The notes beneath the pieces are model-generated. The model had not been told where the DNA came from and searched no databases. It saw only the letters and a program-made list of their open reading frames with translations. From a virus: a DNA stretch of 64,000 nucleotides. A program made the position numbers and the translations under genes. The stretch covers positions 1-64,000 of the IMG/VR virus record IMGVR_UViG_3300037584_002838. The stretch is one strand, 5' to 3'. Every line of letters begins with the position of its first letter. Within the stretch, counting starts at the first letter, position 1. This document shows, piece by piece, positions 11,001-21,518 of this stretch.

Positions 11001-14000
11001 CAAGTGGGGGAGTAACTTCTACTAATGATATTGTAATAGTATTAGATAGAAAAGTAACCATTGGCTCAAGCGTTAAAGTAAAAATATTAGTAGAAAGCAC
11101 TAATATAGGTACTGCAAAAACAACACATGAATTAAATCTATTAAACGGAGGACACCTACATAGCGGTAAAGTTATTGCTTTGTTGAGTCCTCATATATCT
11201 TCTTCAACAGTCAATAAAACTTGTATATTTGACTATCCTTTAGTTAGCCATTACTCTTCTGATAGCACTGTGAACGCATTTACTTACAGTGAAAAGTACG
11301 GTTCTTCCTATTACAGAATAATTAATTTAGAGAAAGGAAACTACAATAAAATAGAATTACCTGTTTCGGGAACAACTGTCGAGTCTAAAAATTATTACGC
11401 TGATATTCCGAGTAAAATTAAATACTATGCTTCTGCGTTTAAGCCGCCGCCAATGGCACCAAAATACTCTTCAGTATATTATGACATAAAGGTGAGAGTA
11501 AATAAAACAGACACAGATACAGAAATACACCCTCTTGTAGAATCAAGAGGATTTGAGCCTGTTTCGGGGTCTAAGTTTTGGGATAGCACAATACACAAGA
11601 AAAATGGCACCTTTGAAAGTGTGTATTTACCGCCAACACCAAAAACACACGATGCGAAAGAGTTTTTTAACATTGATAATTCTTCTTATGCGTTTGGCGG
11701 TAGGCCGTGGAAAATAAAAGACACATTAAACTTAATAGACCCTAAAGTAGCAAGAATGTTTTTATTTTGTAATTCTGATTTATTACCTTATTCTTCAAAA
11801 AGATATGACAGTTTAATGTATAGTGGACAAACAAGAGATGTTTCTAATTATAATTTGATGTTACTAAAAGAACCAAGCAGTGACGGCACTTTTGAACCAA
11901 AAGATACAATAAACGGCACTACGAGAATAACACAGAATGATTCCGATTATCTATCTCTAAACATAAAAGCAGGTTCTAAAACATTAAGTGATTTGAAAAG
12001 ATTCTCCTTAATGCGTTTAACTGAAGTAGTTTATGATTGGTCTTTTAATCAGATAGACCCCGAAAATGTTATTTCTGAAGAAAAGGTATTGCCTAAAATA
12101 AATCTTTTTAATAATACTATTGTTGCAAGCGGCATTAATATAACAAGTATTAGTGGTAAGGTAATAACATTAGATGCTAATTCTTCAGGTTTTATAATTT
12201 CTCAACAATCCATAATTGTTGATTCAAAAGGAAGATTTATGGGCGAAGTAAATACAAGAACGACAAGTTCTCCTTTTACTATAACTTGTTTTGATGAAGT
12301 AGTAAAAACAAATGGTGATGCTTACTACACAGGACAATTATATTATATTGCTCAAAAAGTCACAGGTGCGGTTGATGATTTTCATGGAAGAGGTAAAGAA
12401 AAATCGTTTAAGGGTAATGAAGAGATACATATGCTCAAAGGAGTTATTTGTAACGGGGTAGATGGTGCCAAGTTTGGTGATTCCGGTTCTGATATTGCCG
12501 GTCTTGCTAATGCTGACTTAGATGATATTTCGGGAAGTACCGATAGTGAAAGAAGCGATTATAACATATTTTTCCCGCCTACTTTTTCAGACCAAAACCT
12601 AGTAGATGCGAGTTCAAGTTACGGTTTCTATAATTCAAGAATATTCAAGTTAATAGGGGATATGACACAATCTAATTCTAGTGCGAGCATTGCCGCAAGT
12701 GATACATTATACAAAGGAATGCTACCAATCTTCTTCAAAGGATTTAGTATAGAAGAAGGAAAGGCATCTTTTGAAGATGGTATGGTTGGTGCATATATTA
12801 AATCAACAGGACTTAAAAATGGTTTAGATGATTGTAATGGTATAGTTGCAAGTTGTGGAACAGCCTTTAATGCGTTTGAAAACAAAGAATCCTCTGCTAC
12901 TTATTCTACGGAGGATGCTGGTGGCGTTTTAATGGGCTTTAAGCCAAGATTATATATAGATTCAGCAGAGGTATCTGATGTTGCTTCTAATAAAACAGTA
13001 GGAAACAGAACCATTTATAGATATAACATACCAATAGGAACAGGAAGAACAGTTAGTAAAGTAGGCGGTAGTAATAATGGTGGAGATGTATATAGAACAT
13101 GGCTAACTATGGTAGACTTAACCGGTTGTTATTTAATATCAGAAAATAGTCAAGTACAACCTGTTTCTGATGGCGGCGCAAGAAGCGCAATTAATCCGGC
13201 ACCATTCATTGATGCACAATCCATAAGTGGAGTTGTGCCAAATCTAATCTATGTATTATCACATGAAGTTGATACTACTAACACTACTGAAACACACATA
13301 ATAACCGTAGACCATTCATTAGCATCAGGATTTTATAGAATTATGCAACCTAATCATACTTGCTTTTATGACTATTCTCCCAAAGAAATAATATTAAATG
13401 AGGTTTCTCCTAAATATACTAAAAAACCATTCAGTGATGAAATGTATTCGGCGCATAGCACATGGGCTATTAGAGATGGATATACGGGGCCAAGAGGCAC
13501 AAGAGCGACAACAGGAACGGGTGAAGGAGTTCTCTCTATGTATGTAGCAATAGACATAGATGCACAAAGCGATAGTAGTTTGGTAGTATTGAGAGATGTA
13601 ACTAAAATGTCCTCTTTATTAGACCAAACAAGTTACCCTATGGCTATTTCAGATGGCGAAAACACTATTAAAAGCATATTAAATTATTCAGTGGATGATG
13701 TTAATACTAACTTAAAGTTTAGTGAAATAAAAGAAATGTTAGGGGTTGTTTCTATTTCTGAAATAATGGCCTTAACTGTTGATAATCCTGATAACGAATT
13801 ATCGAGTTATAAGAGAGGTTTAATTGGTAGTGTTGTAAATGTTTGTGATGAAGCAGATACTCTAATTAACAACTTATTAGAAGAAAATGACATAGTTTTC
13901 GACAATACAGAAAATACTGCCGATTCGGTATTCTTAGCACCTAATTTCCAAGAAACAGATTTAATGACGGCAATTAATTATATAGCAGAAAGAAAGGATA

Positions 14001-14746
14001 AAACATTTATTTTTGAAGATGGTATTTTCAAAATAAAAGATAAAAATAATGCTGATTTCAAAACGGGATATTTCATTAATGATGTTGGAGATATAGAATT
14101 ATATGGCTATGATAAAGAAGAAGATATGCTCAATTTCTATAATGACATAGTAGTGAATGGTAAAAAACATAAATCAAGAAGAAAAGATGATTCAAGTATC
14201 AAAGCAATAGGAAGAAAATCTTTAGTGGTTTATGATACAAAACTCACAACAAAGGATGAAGTAGACCAAAAAGCAAACTCTTTGCTTGCTTTGCACACTT
14301 CTCAAAATACAATGATAACAATTGAAATAGGACACAAAAACATCTCTCAACTAAAATCGGGAGATATTGTTGAATTAGAAATAGATAGAGAAGATATTCC
14401 AAGAAACGCCTACATAGTATTACAGATAAAGCACCTTCTTACAGGTAACATGGAAGTACAATTAGGAAGATATAGTCTAAACATAGAGGATAGATTAGCG
14501 GATTTAGCCATCTCAATAAAAGACATAAATGCGGATAATTCACAAACTGAAGATGAATCTACGCTAACACATACTAAAATAGACCAAGTAAAAATAAAAC
14601 CTATTAGGTTGTTAATTAGAGAAAGAAAAAGCAACGGAGGGGTTGTGTTTGGATTTGGGGCAACTCTAAATACCAACAGTCGCCCATTAGGATTCGGGCA
14701 AAGCATCGGTGTGACCCACACAACATTATTGGAGGAAGAGTATTGA
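8078..14746 (+). CDS. Large tail tip/hub (central fibre) protein
   Basis: 2222 aa, S/T/N-rich. C-terminal hub-like region (NDIVVNG..SIKAIGRK..LKSGDIVEL..YIVLQIKH). Confidence 0.7.
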   Translation: MTRIFAESNEVVTEAVNTNSNTTLSNVGGVYYVGMGVTGTDIPDNTYVSATALGSNQVTISNTATGTTAITATFNKTNYNVPTNPKFRTFGAYSGSERLYTIIYGDATNTSDTISVQGSGSTREYSNLETTEGFRIKNYHPNTFTGINLSTVNLTTHNYFVLIHSDNHLLHHFAKVTKINTDDSLGDSFEFTPSLGTEIEEGTKFMVFKGPSVNSNVFAISAGIKRELQDLLVCARPLFYFFDDELDKEGQLDHNTKYFQRFVGDAAVSGTISPSIHNTFVTASDNGFIIKDYSKYTMNVKMVDNLKDLDYPAYIENFANNPSALPQEYDSPDYTIFTTPNVFTDYNDCFPNARRDGDLDVHPLSDISYTGPIRYVHYDFSPTKANKAYNTFDLVLEESIGKRGSYVEGKAVDNKRILKQKNSVFDKLRVRHRLHREKFNDWFALKATVKQNTTTTNEYTFTTEYDLSELLNEGDEVKIGSHIYIIDTIDSINNSGATGKEQDITLRAERRTETETIFASASYTLAADAIIYRRAWNVNDSTLLTNFDILENRNSNLYVKLISEEFGFLEATVTNSDSNKQLLTLQFDSDTQVNNTNRSISILDYMDGSYYIEVEKFSGVIEKLKSYKDKDTGQSFLDYSGRSDIRKLLGPSINKNTLQSQDIIYSTNSMFNIGTDLSSGAITKCTFDDDEVTFTNTCTGDLRVGDKLFCVYSTHLTVAYIGQVKTIDNGTTVTLEENARAEVKSPAEAVFYTREKHYMFNKALSHNRFMTSCSDLSGASGKGLFFDSGVVINSDGSEGSTLVNTSSVNTSKSIGYHLDNIMKVDAANFESTFVSHESGKNDGFFQARLHDNASSRTYTDTDTINTLLDFNILGVATEEKTSIIEVAPHLPLTLGRVDINYANTLNTIFDSDLLGTTSTATTSKAYVRVSNSDTTALSSTSAERKHYGKPVYAGEDGEEVFIGFFVNAFLGNSSTSGGVTSTNDIVIVLDRKVTIGSSVKVKILVESTNIGTAKTTHELNLLNGGHLHSGKVIALLSPHISSSTVNKTCIFDYPLVSHYSSDSTVNAFTYSEKYGSSYYRIINLEKGNYNKIELPVSGTTVESKNYYADIPSKIKYYASAFKPPPMAPKYSSVYYDIKVRVNKTDTDTEIHPLVESRGFEPVSGSKFWDSTIHKKNGTFESVYLPPTPKTHDAKEFFNIDNSSYAFGGRPWKIKDTLNLIDPKVARMFLFCNSDLLPYSSKRYDSLMYSGQTRDVSNYNLMLLKEPSSDGTFEPKDTINGTTRITQNDSDYLSLNIKAGSKTLSDLKRFSLMRLTEVVYDWSFNQIDPENVISEEKVLPKINLFNNTIVASGINITSISGKVITLDANSSGFIISQQSIIVDSKGRFMGEVNTRTTSSPFTITCFDEVVKTNGDAYYTGQLYYIAQKVTGAVDDFHGRGKEKSFKGNEEIHMLKGVICNGVDGAKFGDSGSDIAGLANADLDDISGSTDSERSDYNIFFPPTFSDQNLVDASSSYGFYNSRIFKLIGDMTQSNSSASIAASDTLYKGMLPIFFKGFSIEEGKASFEDGMVGAYIKSTGLKNGLDDCNGIVASCGTAFNAFENKESSATYSTEDAGGVLMGFKPRLYIDSAEVSDVASNKTVGNRTIYRYNIPIGTGRTVSKVGGSNNGGDVYRTWLTMVDLTGCYLISENSQVQPVSDGGARSAINPAPFIDAQSISGVVPNLIYVLSHEVDTTNTTETHIITVDHSLASGFYRIMQPNHTCFYDYSPKEIILNEVSPKYTKKPFSDEMYSAHSTWAIRDGYTGPRGTRATTGTGEGVLSMYVAIDIDAQSDSSLVVLRDVTKMSSLLDQTSYPMAISDGENTIKSILNYSVDDVNTNLKFSEIKEMLGVVSISEIMALTVDNPDNELSSYKRGLIGSVVNVCDEADTLINNLLEENDIVFDNTENTADSVFLAPNFQETDLMTAINYIAERKDKTFIFEDGIFKIKDKNNADFKTGYFINDVGDIELYGYDKEEDMLNFYNDIVVNGKKHKSRRKDDSSIKAIGRKSLVVYDTKLTTKDEVDQKANSLLALHTSQNTMITIEIGHKNISQLKSGDIVELEIDREDIPRNAYIVLQIKHLLTGNMEVQLGRYSLNIEDRLADLAISIKDINADNSQTEDESTLTHTKIDQVKIKPIRLLIRERKSNGGVVFGFGATLNTNSRPLGFGQSIGVTHTTLLEEEY

Positions 14747-15096
14747 TTACAGATAAGTTCAAGTCATTAATTGCAGACCAATTAGTTTCTTTGCTGGCTA
14801 ATGGAAGAGTAGGTCAAGGAGGAAACTCAACAAGTCCATCGGCTACTGATTTAGATGTGGATATAGGTGCAAGTGATTCAGCATACACTACATCAGCAAT
14901 TAAGTCCGGTCAAAATACTGTTGAGTACAGTCTAAAGATAGCAGGGTCAAATAGTAACTTAAATGGTAAAAGCATTAGAGAAGCGGCATTTTTTGATTCA
15001 AATGATAATATGTTAGCAAGAATAAACTTTGACGCATTAGGGCCGGTTGCTAATACAAGTGATTTAGAGATTTTCTTTATTTTGGAGTTTGAGTGA
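14743..15096 (+). CDS. Putative tail/baseplate protein
   Basis: IREAAFFDSNDNMLAR resembles tail-fibre attachment proteins. Consistent position. Confidence 0.55.
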   Translation: MITDKFKSLIADQLVSLLANGRVGQGGNSTSPSATDLDVDIGASDSAYTTSAIKSGQNTVEYSLKIAGSNSNLNGKSIREAAFFDSNDNMLARINFDALGPVANTSDLEIFFILEFE

Positions 15097-16582
15097 TATG
15101 GCAATAGAAAACCCGCATTGGTACAGCACAACAACAGGTGTAACGACTACAACACAAATAACTGATGATGTTGATTATCCGCATACAGGATTAATTAAAT
15201 CACTAAGTCAAGGTATTAGAGGCAATTATGCGATTAAGGGTAGTGCTACTGATTTTGATATTACTTTTGCTGATGGTGGTTCTTTTACCACCATTGCAGT
15301 AACAACAGGTAAAGCATATAGGGATGGTAAATTAGTAACAATTACTGCTCTAACTGCTACTAATATGAATACTTCATACAACTCAGGTACGGGTGCAGTG
15401 GATATTACGCCTGTTACGGATGATTTCTATTTAATGCTTGTTGCTAAATCAGATAATACTATGGTATTAAGAGGCTCTAATGCAGTTACAAATAGAATAC
15501 CTGACTTTGTTGAGGGCGATATTCCTATTGCTATCATTAAAGTTGTAGGGGGTTCTGCTGATGATTCTGCGGCTACTTCTGATAGATTAGTTCAATTTTT
15601 AACTACAAGTAAAGTAAGTAATGATTTAAGCATTGGTTATGATGATTCGGGATATACTGAAGCATTACAAATAAGTGCTAGTGCCGGACATACTACAATA
15701 GAAAACAAAGTCCCAGATAAAGATATTATTTTCAAAGTAGATGATGGTGGTGTAACTACTGAAGTAATGAGGATTGATGGCTCAAAGTCATTTGTATCAA
15801 TTGGTGGCGTAACAGACGCAAATGCTATGCTTCATCTTAAATCTTCAACATCAGCCCAACCTGAATTAAGATTAGAGAATACTAATACTGATTCTCAAGA
15901 AGCAACCATTAGATTTATGAAAAATACTGCTTCACCTGCGGCTAGTGATGACTTAGGTTTAATACGATTTGAAGGAGAAGATAGTGGTGGTACTAATACG
16001 CTATACTCTCTTATTATGTCACAAATGGTAGACCCAACAAACGGTCAAGAAGCAGGAGAGATATTCCTTAATGTTAAACATAAGGGAGAAACTAATACAG
16101 TTCAAGGAATAGCAGTATCGGGTCATGCTACGGGTAATGGAGAAGTAGTCATAAATGACAGTGGGCGAAGTGATTTTAACTTTAGAGTAGAAAGTGATAA
16201 TGAGCAGTTTATGTTATTTGTAGATGCTGCTGATGATAGAGTATCAATAGGTCATGGTAGCCCTGCCGCTACGCTTGATGTAGAAACAGGTGGCACATTT
16301 AGAAATACTAGATTACTAACAGTTTCAGTTTCAGCAAACACTACTTTAACTGAAGCGGCAAATGCCGGAAGATACAACATATGTGCTGGAAATGTAGTAT
16401 TACCTTCAACTTCAACTGCTGGTGAACATTATGCTATTCTAAATACAACAGGCGGAGATATTACTATTGGTCGTAATAGCAGAAATATAAATGGTGCTGG
16501 TTCTGATGTCACATTAGGGACATTCAAAGCCGCTACTTGTATTGCTATTGGTTCTAATAATTGGATGGTAATTGGTGTTTGA
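15089..16582 (+). CDS. Tail fibre/receptor-binding protein
   Basis: 497 aa with repeated F.V..D....RID...VSIG...A.L fibre-type segments. Confidence 0.65.
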   Translation: MSDMAIENPHWYSTTTGVTTTTQITDDVDYPHTGLIKSLSQGIRGNYAIKGSATDFDITFADGGSFTTIAVTTGKAYRDGKLVTITALTATNMNTSYNSGTGAVDITPVTDDFYLMLVAKSDNTMVLRGSNAVTNRIPDFVEGDIPIAIIKVVGGSADDSAATSDRLVQFLTTSKVSNDLSIGYDDSGYTEALQISASAGHTTIENKVPDKDIIFKVDDGGVTTEVMRIDGSKSFVSIGGVTDANAMLHLKSSTSAQPELRLENTNTDSQEATIRFMKNTASPAASDDLGLIRFEGEDSGGTNTLYSLIMSQMVDPTNGQEAGEIFLNVKHKGETNTVQGIAVSGHATGNGEVVINDSGRSDFNFRVESDNEQFMLFVDAADDRVSIGHGSPAATLDVETGGTFRNTRLLTVSVSANTTLTEAANAGRYNICAGNVVLPSTSTAGEHYAILNTTGGDITIGRNSRNINGAGSDVTLGTFKAATCIAIGSNNWMVIGV

Positions 16583-17012
16583 TATGTATATTGTTTTAAT
16601 GGGTTGCGCTCAACAAGGTGCATCACCACCTTTTGCCGCATCGGTAGATGGGGCTTCATTACAAGATTTGGCAGATATGGCGGCACCAGCAACAGGTTCA
16701 GTTGCTACATTTACAACACCAATAGGAGTATTAGATGCAACAGTGGTTCCAAGTGGCGGAAGTGGTGTTTATACCTTTTCTTGGGCTGTAAGTAAAATAT
16801 TTGAAAACTCTGATACAGGAAATAGATTTTCAGTTAATTCAACAGGAACCACTAATGGCCCAACATATAATACATTAGAAATTAATGGCGCAAGACCGCC
16901 AATTGCGGGTGATGTTTTTGAAGCACGATTTGAAGCAACTTGTACTGCAAGTGATGGTTCAACTAATATTAATGTTGTTGTTGATTTTACCGTAGCGGCA
17001 CCAGCGTTGTGA
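16572..17012 (+). CDS. Putative virion protein (Ig-like, beta-rich)
   Basis: SGGSGVYTFSW motif. Last gene of the tail module. Confidence 0.45.
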   Translation: MVFDMYIVLMGCAQQGASPPFAASVDGASLQDLADMAAPATGSVATFTTPIGVLDATVVPSGGSGVYTFSWAVSKIFENSDTGNRFSVNSTGTTNGPTYNTLEINGARPPIAGDVFEARFEATCTASDGSTNINVVVDFTVAAPAL

Positions 17013-17060
17013 TTAAAAAATAATCCATTTTAAGCAAAAAAAAGAACGAAAAAAAATCCA

Positions 17061-17105
17061 AAAAAAAAGGAGGGAGGCCGAAGCCCCCCTCAATTATTTT
17101 GTTTT
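17061..17105. terminator. Bidirectional terminator between convergent modules
   Basis: Hairpin GAGGGAGG-CCGAAG-CCCCCTC flanked by an A-tract and a T-rich tract at the strand switch. Confidence 0.7.
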
Positions 17106-17106
17106 C

Positions 17107-17256
17107 CTATTTATTTTCCGTTTTGATAGACCAAATACCGTGACATTCACGGCATTCCCATAAATTAACTCTATCGTTTGAACCTACATAATACCCTACT
17201 AAACGCTTCGCTAATGTGCGTTTAGTACAATATTTGCAAGTTTGTTTCAAACTCAT
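17107..17256 (-). CDS. Small zinc-ribbon protein (49 aa, not in ORF track)
   Basis: Manual translation: MSLKQTCKYC...WECRECHGIWSIKTENK, with two CxxC motifs. Confidence 0.55.
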   Translation of the reverse strand: MSLKQTCKYCTKRTLAKRLVGYYVGSNDRVNLWECRECHGIWSIKTENK

Positions 17257-17408
17257 TGCTTCTTGTCACCTTCTGATTCTCCAATCAATCTTCTCATATA
17301 GTCCTCTACGCTTTGGTCTGTAATATTATTACCACCAAAAGCCGCAAAGAACAATAGAGTGATTATGACTAGAAATACCAAAAGGCCAAACCATTCTGCC
17401 GTACTCAT
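17253..17408 (-). CDS. Small membrane protein (51 aa, not in ORF track)
   Basis: Manual translation: MSTAEWFGLLVFLVIITLLFFAAFGG..., coupled to neighbours by start/stop overlaps. Confidence 0.55.
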   Translation of the reverse strand: MSTAEWFGLLVFLVIITLLFFAAFGGNNITDQSVEDYMRRLIGESEGDKKQ

Positions 17409-18010
17409 TACCAATCAACTCCTAATTCTACAAATTCCTCTTTTTCAATAGAGAATGCTTTAACAATACCATTATCTTGTCCATACTTCCAAAGGTCATA
17501 TACTAATTGAGTATCTTTCATGCAATACTCTACTACTTCATCGTATCTTCCCATTTTCCATAGTTTAGGTGCATCAGCACTATCCATTAGTTTAGCATCA
17601 TCTAAAGAACACTTTACAAGATTCTTTAATTGCATTCTTTCTCCATGTTCTTTTAGAATGTATTTGCTTGTATCAATATATCTTTCATTACCTAAATACT
17701 TATGAATGCAATAAATATCCATAGCATCTCTCAATACAGGCAAATCAAACACCGCAATATTATGTCCTAACAAAGAGCCTCCTTTCTGAAAGTGATTATC
17801 TAAATCATATTTTAATTCAGAAAGGGGCTTTATTACATGACCCGACTTAGCAAAAGAATCAACAGGTTCATCAACATAAACAGTTCCATTAGAACCATCC
17901 CATGTAGCGGCTGTTGATACTTGAAACATATGAGTATTTCCAAACCCGCCTATGTCATGTGACATATTCTTGGTTTCAATATCCAACGCTAATACAGACA
18001 TTATAATCAC
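17408..18010 (-). CDS. DEDD-family 3'-5' exonuclease (RNase H-like fold)
   Basis: ExoI LDIET, ExoII GHNIAVFD and ExoIII YCMKD motifs. Confidence 0.85.
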   Translation of the reverse strand: MIIMSVLALDIETKNMSHDIGGFGNTHMFQVSTAATWDGSNGTVYVDEPVDSFAKSGHVIKPLSELKYDLDNHFQKGGSLLGHNIAVFDLPVLRDAMDIYCIHKYLGNERYIDTSKYILKEHGERMQLKNLVKCSLDDAKLMDSADAPKLWKMGRYDEVVEYCMKDTQLVYDLWKYGQDNGIVKAFSIEKEEFVELGVDW

Positions 18011-18234
18011 TCAGAGCCATTAGACCACAATTTAGAGATTTTCTTTGCTTCCGCATCTTCAGTTGGTTCTTCGCCGCCAATCTTTCTTTTCAAGAAAGCA
18101 ACGATGTTTGCACCTGCAATACTTAGCATGGAACAACATTCCCAACCTTCATCTCCATAGGTGTCTAAAGTTTCTATAATTACTTTTGGCCCTTTTGTCA
18201 CATCAAACACTACATATGTGTTTTCCCATTTCAT
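18007..18234 (-). CDS. DUF4177-like small protein
   Basis: KWE.......LDTYGDEGWE pattern. Confidence 0.5.
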   Translation of the reverse strand: MKWENTYVVFDVTKGPKVIIETLDTYGDEGWECCSMLSIAGANIVAFLKRKIGGEEPTEDAEAKKISKLWSNGSE

Positions 18235-19751
18235 TTCTTTTCCCCCTTTAATCTAATGAATACTGAACGACCCTGTTTATCTGTTTCAAAGTGATGTTCA
18301 TTTTCATTCCATAGAACATAAATTCTAGCCTTTTTTAGCCCAAGTTTATCCATAAGAGTATCTAAGAATAATTTCTTGCTAACATAACCTTCTTCATCTT
18401 TATCCATTTCTGTGAATACTTTGAGAAATGCTGATTCTTGATTCTTTTCAGCCATGCTTCTACGCCTTACTCTTAGGCTTCGTTCCAACCAATCTACCAA
18501 TGTCATATAACATTGTCGCACGATAGAGGCCGCTTGCCTCACATTGTACCCCGTAACCAAGAAGCGGTCTTGCTTGTTGGTAATAGAACGGCTTTGCGCT
18601 ACACTACAAAGAACAGACATTTTGAACAGTATTTTCAATAAACGGGTAGTAAAATTAGATGCAATCTTTCTAACTTCAGGAGATGCTGATTGAATATATG
18701 CTTCCATACCTTCATATTCAAACTCTAGTACATCATTAAACTCTGGTGAAAACTTCATTACTTTAAGTCCGTCTTTCTCTACTTCTTCCCATCTTTCCTT
18801 AACCATGCAGTATATCTTAAATAAAGCATTAGCGTGTTTATCAATAGGCATGTCAATATCTACAATCTTACCAGCATAAGAGATTTGTTTTCTTCTCATC
18901 TTATCTTGAATAAAATGAGGAACATCCCAGATAAACAATAGCATTCTTTGAAGAACACCCTTTTCTGTCATTACTGATTCTAACTTATGTGGAGGATATG
19001 TCATAGCCAAAACAGAACGCTCACAAAAACATTCCATTGTATCGCCTTCTTTTAGTTTCTTAGAAACAATCCAATTTTCACCATGTAATGTATTCATAAA
19101 AGTATTAAGCATAACAATAGCATCTTGTTTATGTTGGCTTTCCTTAAACACACCAGAATATTCAAACTCATCCCAATGCGCTAAACCACTGCCTTCTAAT
19201 TCACCAGCAACCCTTTTTTGCCTAAACTCACCTTTAGTTTCACTATCTTCGCCTCTATCTAATTCTTCTTTATAGTGACCTATTAGTGCCGCATCCGTAT
19301 AAAGAGTAGTAGAGAACACATTGAAATCTTTTGGTTTCTTAGGAACAAAATCACCTTCAAACTCAGCAGGGATTAATTCTGCTAATGGGTGGCTATTTGT
19401 ATCATTAATCTTTTTGAATACGCTTTTTGCTACCGGCCCTACAAAATTATACAATGTAGATTTACCTGTACCGGAAGTCTGTATTTGACAGAAATGTATT
19501 CTTGAATCTTCAATACTGAAACCATTCGGTATCTTAATGTAATCCTTACACACTTGACCCAATATAACGAAATACGATACTGCCGCAGGTATTTCATTGT
19601 AATGCGCTACATTTACTGCATCTTTCTGAAACTCTTGTACGATTCTCGGTAATGTACCGGCAAACGCTTGAGTATTTTCTTCGTATATTTCCATATACTT
19701 ATCTTCATCTTCCCCCTCATACATTTGAGAGGTTCTATTTTCTTCATTCAT
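18231..19751 (-). CDS. AAA+ replicative helicase (MCM-like)
   Basis: Walker A SGTGKS, Walker B HWDEF, GVLQR arginine-finger-like segment and C-terminal wHTH-like region. Near the primase gene. Confidence 0.65.
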   Translation of the reverse strand: MNEENRTSQMYEGEDEDKYMEIYEENTQAFAGTLPRIVQEFQKDAVNVAHYNEIPAAVSYFVILGQVCKDYIKIPNGFSIEDSRIHFCQIQTSGTGKSTLYNFVGPVAKSVFKKINDTNSHPLAELIPAEFEGDFVPKKPKDFNVFSTTLYTDAALIGHYKEELDRGEDSETKGEFRQKRVAGELEGSGLAHWDEFEYSGVFKESQHKQDAIVMLNTFMNTLHGENWIVSKKLKEGDTMECFCERSVLAMTYPPHKLESVMTEKGVLQRMLLFIWDVPHFIQDKMRRKQISYAGKIVDIDMPIDKHANALFKIYCMVKERWEEVEKDGLKVMKFSPEFNDVLEFEYEGMEAYIQSASPEVRKIASNFTTRLLKILFKMSVLCSVAQSRSITNKQDRFLVTGYNVRQAASIVRQCYMTLVDWLERSLRVRRRSMAEKNQESAFLKVFTEMDKDEEGYVSKKLFLDTLMDKLGLKKARIYVLWNENEHHFETDKQGRSVFIRLKGEKK

Positions 19752-20497
19752 ATTTTCACCTTATTCTCACTGTTTAGTGTGTCTAATATTCTTTTGGCGG
19801 TTTTTTCGCCTATTCCATCCATGTGACACAATTCATGGACTTTTTGTTCTCCTATTTCCATAATACAACCATACTCTTTAATTAGAGCCTTTGCTTTCTT
19901 ATATGAAACTCCTTTAATACTTGTTAATACATCTAATCTTAAATCATCAGTAGTAACTCTCTTGAATACTTCAGGTCTAATTACATCTCTAACAATAGGT
20001 TTCATTTTACATATGCTACTTATTATCAGAGCCGCTTCTTCTTCTGAAGGAACCCAAAATGCTTTTACATCAGTATCTAATGTAATTCTTCCTATTCCTC
20101 CTAAAAACTTATTATTCAACATCATTGTTCTAGCAGGTTCTTGAATGTTGGATTTACTGTATTCTTTGATATTGTAAATCGCTTCTTCTAATGAACCATA
20201 TATAATAACAATATTAGTTTTATAATGCCTATCCATGTTATCTATTTGAGTCCATATTCTTTTACTCATAACTGAACCCAAAAAGTCTGTTGATGATTTT
20301 GCTTCAAAACAAACATCATCGAAAACATAGTCACCAATTTCAAGCCATTTCTTTTCTGTCTTTATTCCTAAACTCTTACACTTCAATTCAACTAAGCGTA
20401 CTAACTTAGAACCCTGCTTTTCTCTACTATCAATAATCAACATATTACTCACCTGCATAATCTGGATAACGCCAACACTTACCAACACAATAACCAT
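19748..20497 (-). CDS. ERCC4/XPF (Hef-like) nuclease with HhH domains
   Basis: IIDSRE, GDY and FEAKS motifs, plus HhH motifs IKGVS and MDGIGEKTA. Confidence 0.85.
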   Translation of the reverse strand: MVIVLVSVGVIQIMQVSNMLIIDSREKQGSKLVRLVELKCKSLGIKTEKKWLEIGDYVFDDVCFEAKSSTDFLGSVMSKRIWTQIDNMDRHYKTNIVIIYGSLEEAIYNIKEYSKSNIQEPARTMMLNNKFLGGIGRITLDTDVKAFWVPSEEEAALIISSICKMKPIVRDVIRPEVFKRVTTDDLRLDVLTSIKGVSYKKAKALIKEYGCIMEIGEQKVHELCHMDGIGEKTAKRILDTLNSENKVKI

Positions 20498-21518
20498 CTG
20501 AAATTAGTTTATCACAAAAAGGAGTTTTGTAATTACCAAATACAGTGAACTTCGCATGTTTCCTTGTGGTGCCTTCATCCCAATCCAACCATATTTCATC
20601 ATTGGATTCTACTAACTGTTTGATTTCAGCGACAATTAAGTTCAACACTTCTTGCTTTTCCTTCAAGGAATTGATAGGTTGCCTTCCCGTTAGTAAATCT
20701 CTATACCAAGAAACAAGGTATGCTCTCGCCATATGCGAAGGATTCTCCGTCATAATAGCACTATGCAAACACGGCAATATAGGCAACTTACCTGTGTATT
20801 TTGGGACACTGATTTCACCCCCCACCGTTTCAATAGGGGGTGCTTTTGGGAAAACTACCATATTATTACCGCCCATTTGGAACGGTAAATGGCGTGGTTC
20901 TGAGGCTAATGAAAGAATATGCTCAAGATTGAAAGAAAGGTCACTTTTAGTTAAAGGAATACAGTAATACGGATTACCTTCATTACCAGAAGAGGACATA
21001 TTAACTGTATTAGGGACTCTTCTCAATCTTGTTGGTTGTCCTACTCTATCATCTAAAGTATTTTTTCCACCGAAGTTTCCTTTGAGGACTTCTTTCATTT
21101 CCCTAAAGAAAGATTGAATATCTCTAATGTTATCAGTTCTTTCACCAAATAGGAATAAATGAAAACCCCTACCGGAAAAAAACATTGTATGTTTCCAATC
21201 GTTATCAATAACCTTTTGCATTATCATTTTCAAATCTCTCCAAGCCATTTCTAAATCATTATCATGCCCGTCAAAATCTAAAAAGATTCTATCGAGAATA
21301 ACTGATGATTCTATCTTTGCCGTTTCTGAAAAATGTTCAAAGTCATAAACGGTTGTATAAACATTTGTCCTATTATTTTGAGCATTAACAAACTTAGCAT
21401 ATTCATTCCTCGATAAGACTACTCTTCTTTTCATTTGTGGGGCGTTCTTTATGTGACTCCCCGCCCAAACTTCCCTCGGATATTTCATTATTTTTACCTC
21501 CAAAATTAACTGTTGCAT
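20445..21518 (-). CDS. Archaeo-eukaryotic primase with fused PriL-like Cys-rich C-terminal domain
   Basis: FLDFD and FSGRGFH catalytic motifs, RLRRVPNT, and C-terminal LPCL...FC..L...YCVGKC. Confidence 0.85.
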   Translation of the reverse strand: MQQLILEVKIMKYPREVWAGSHIKNAPQMKRRVVLSRNEYAKFVNAQNNRTNVYTTVYDFEHFSETAKIESSVILDRIFLDFDGHDNDLEMAWRDLKMIMQKVIDNDWKHTMFFSGRGFHLFLFGERTDNIRDIQSFFREMKEVLKGNFGGKNTLDDRVGQPTRLRRVPNTVNMSSSGNEGNPYYCIPLTKSDLSFNLEHILSLASEPRHLPFQMGGNNMVVFPKAPPIETVGGEISVPKYTGKLPILPCLHSAIMTENPSHMARAYLVSWYRDLLTGRQPINSLKEKQEVLNLIVAEIKQLVESNDEIWLDWDEGTTRKHAKFTVFGNYKTPFCDKLISDGYCVGKCWRYPDYAGE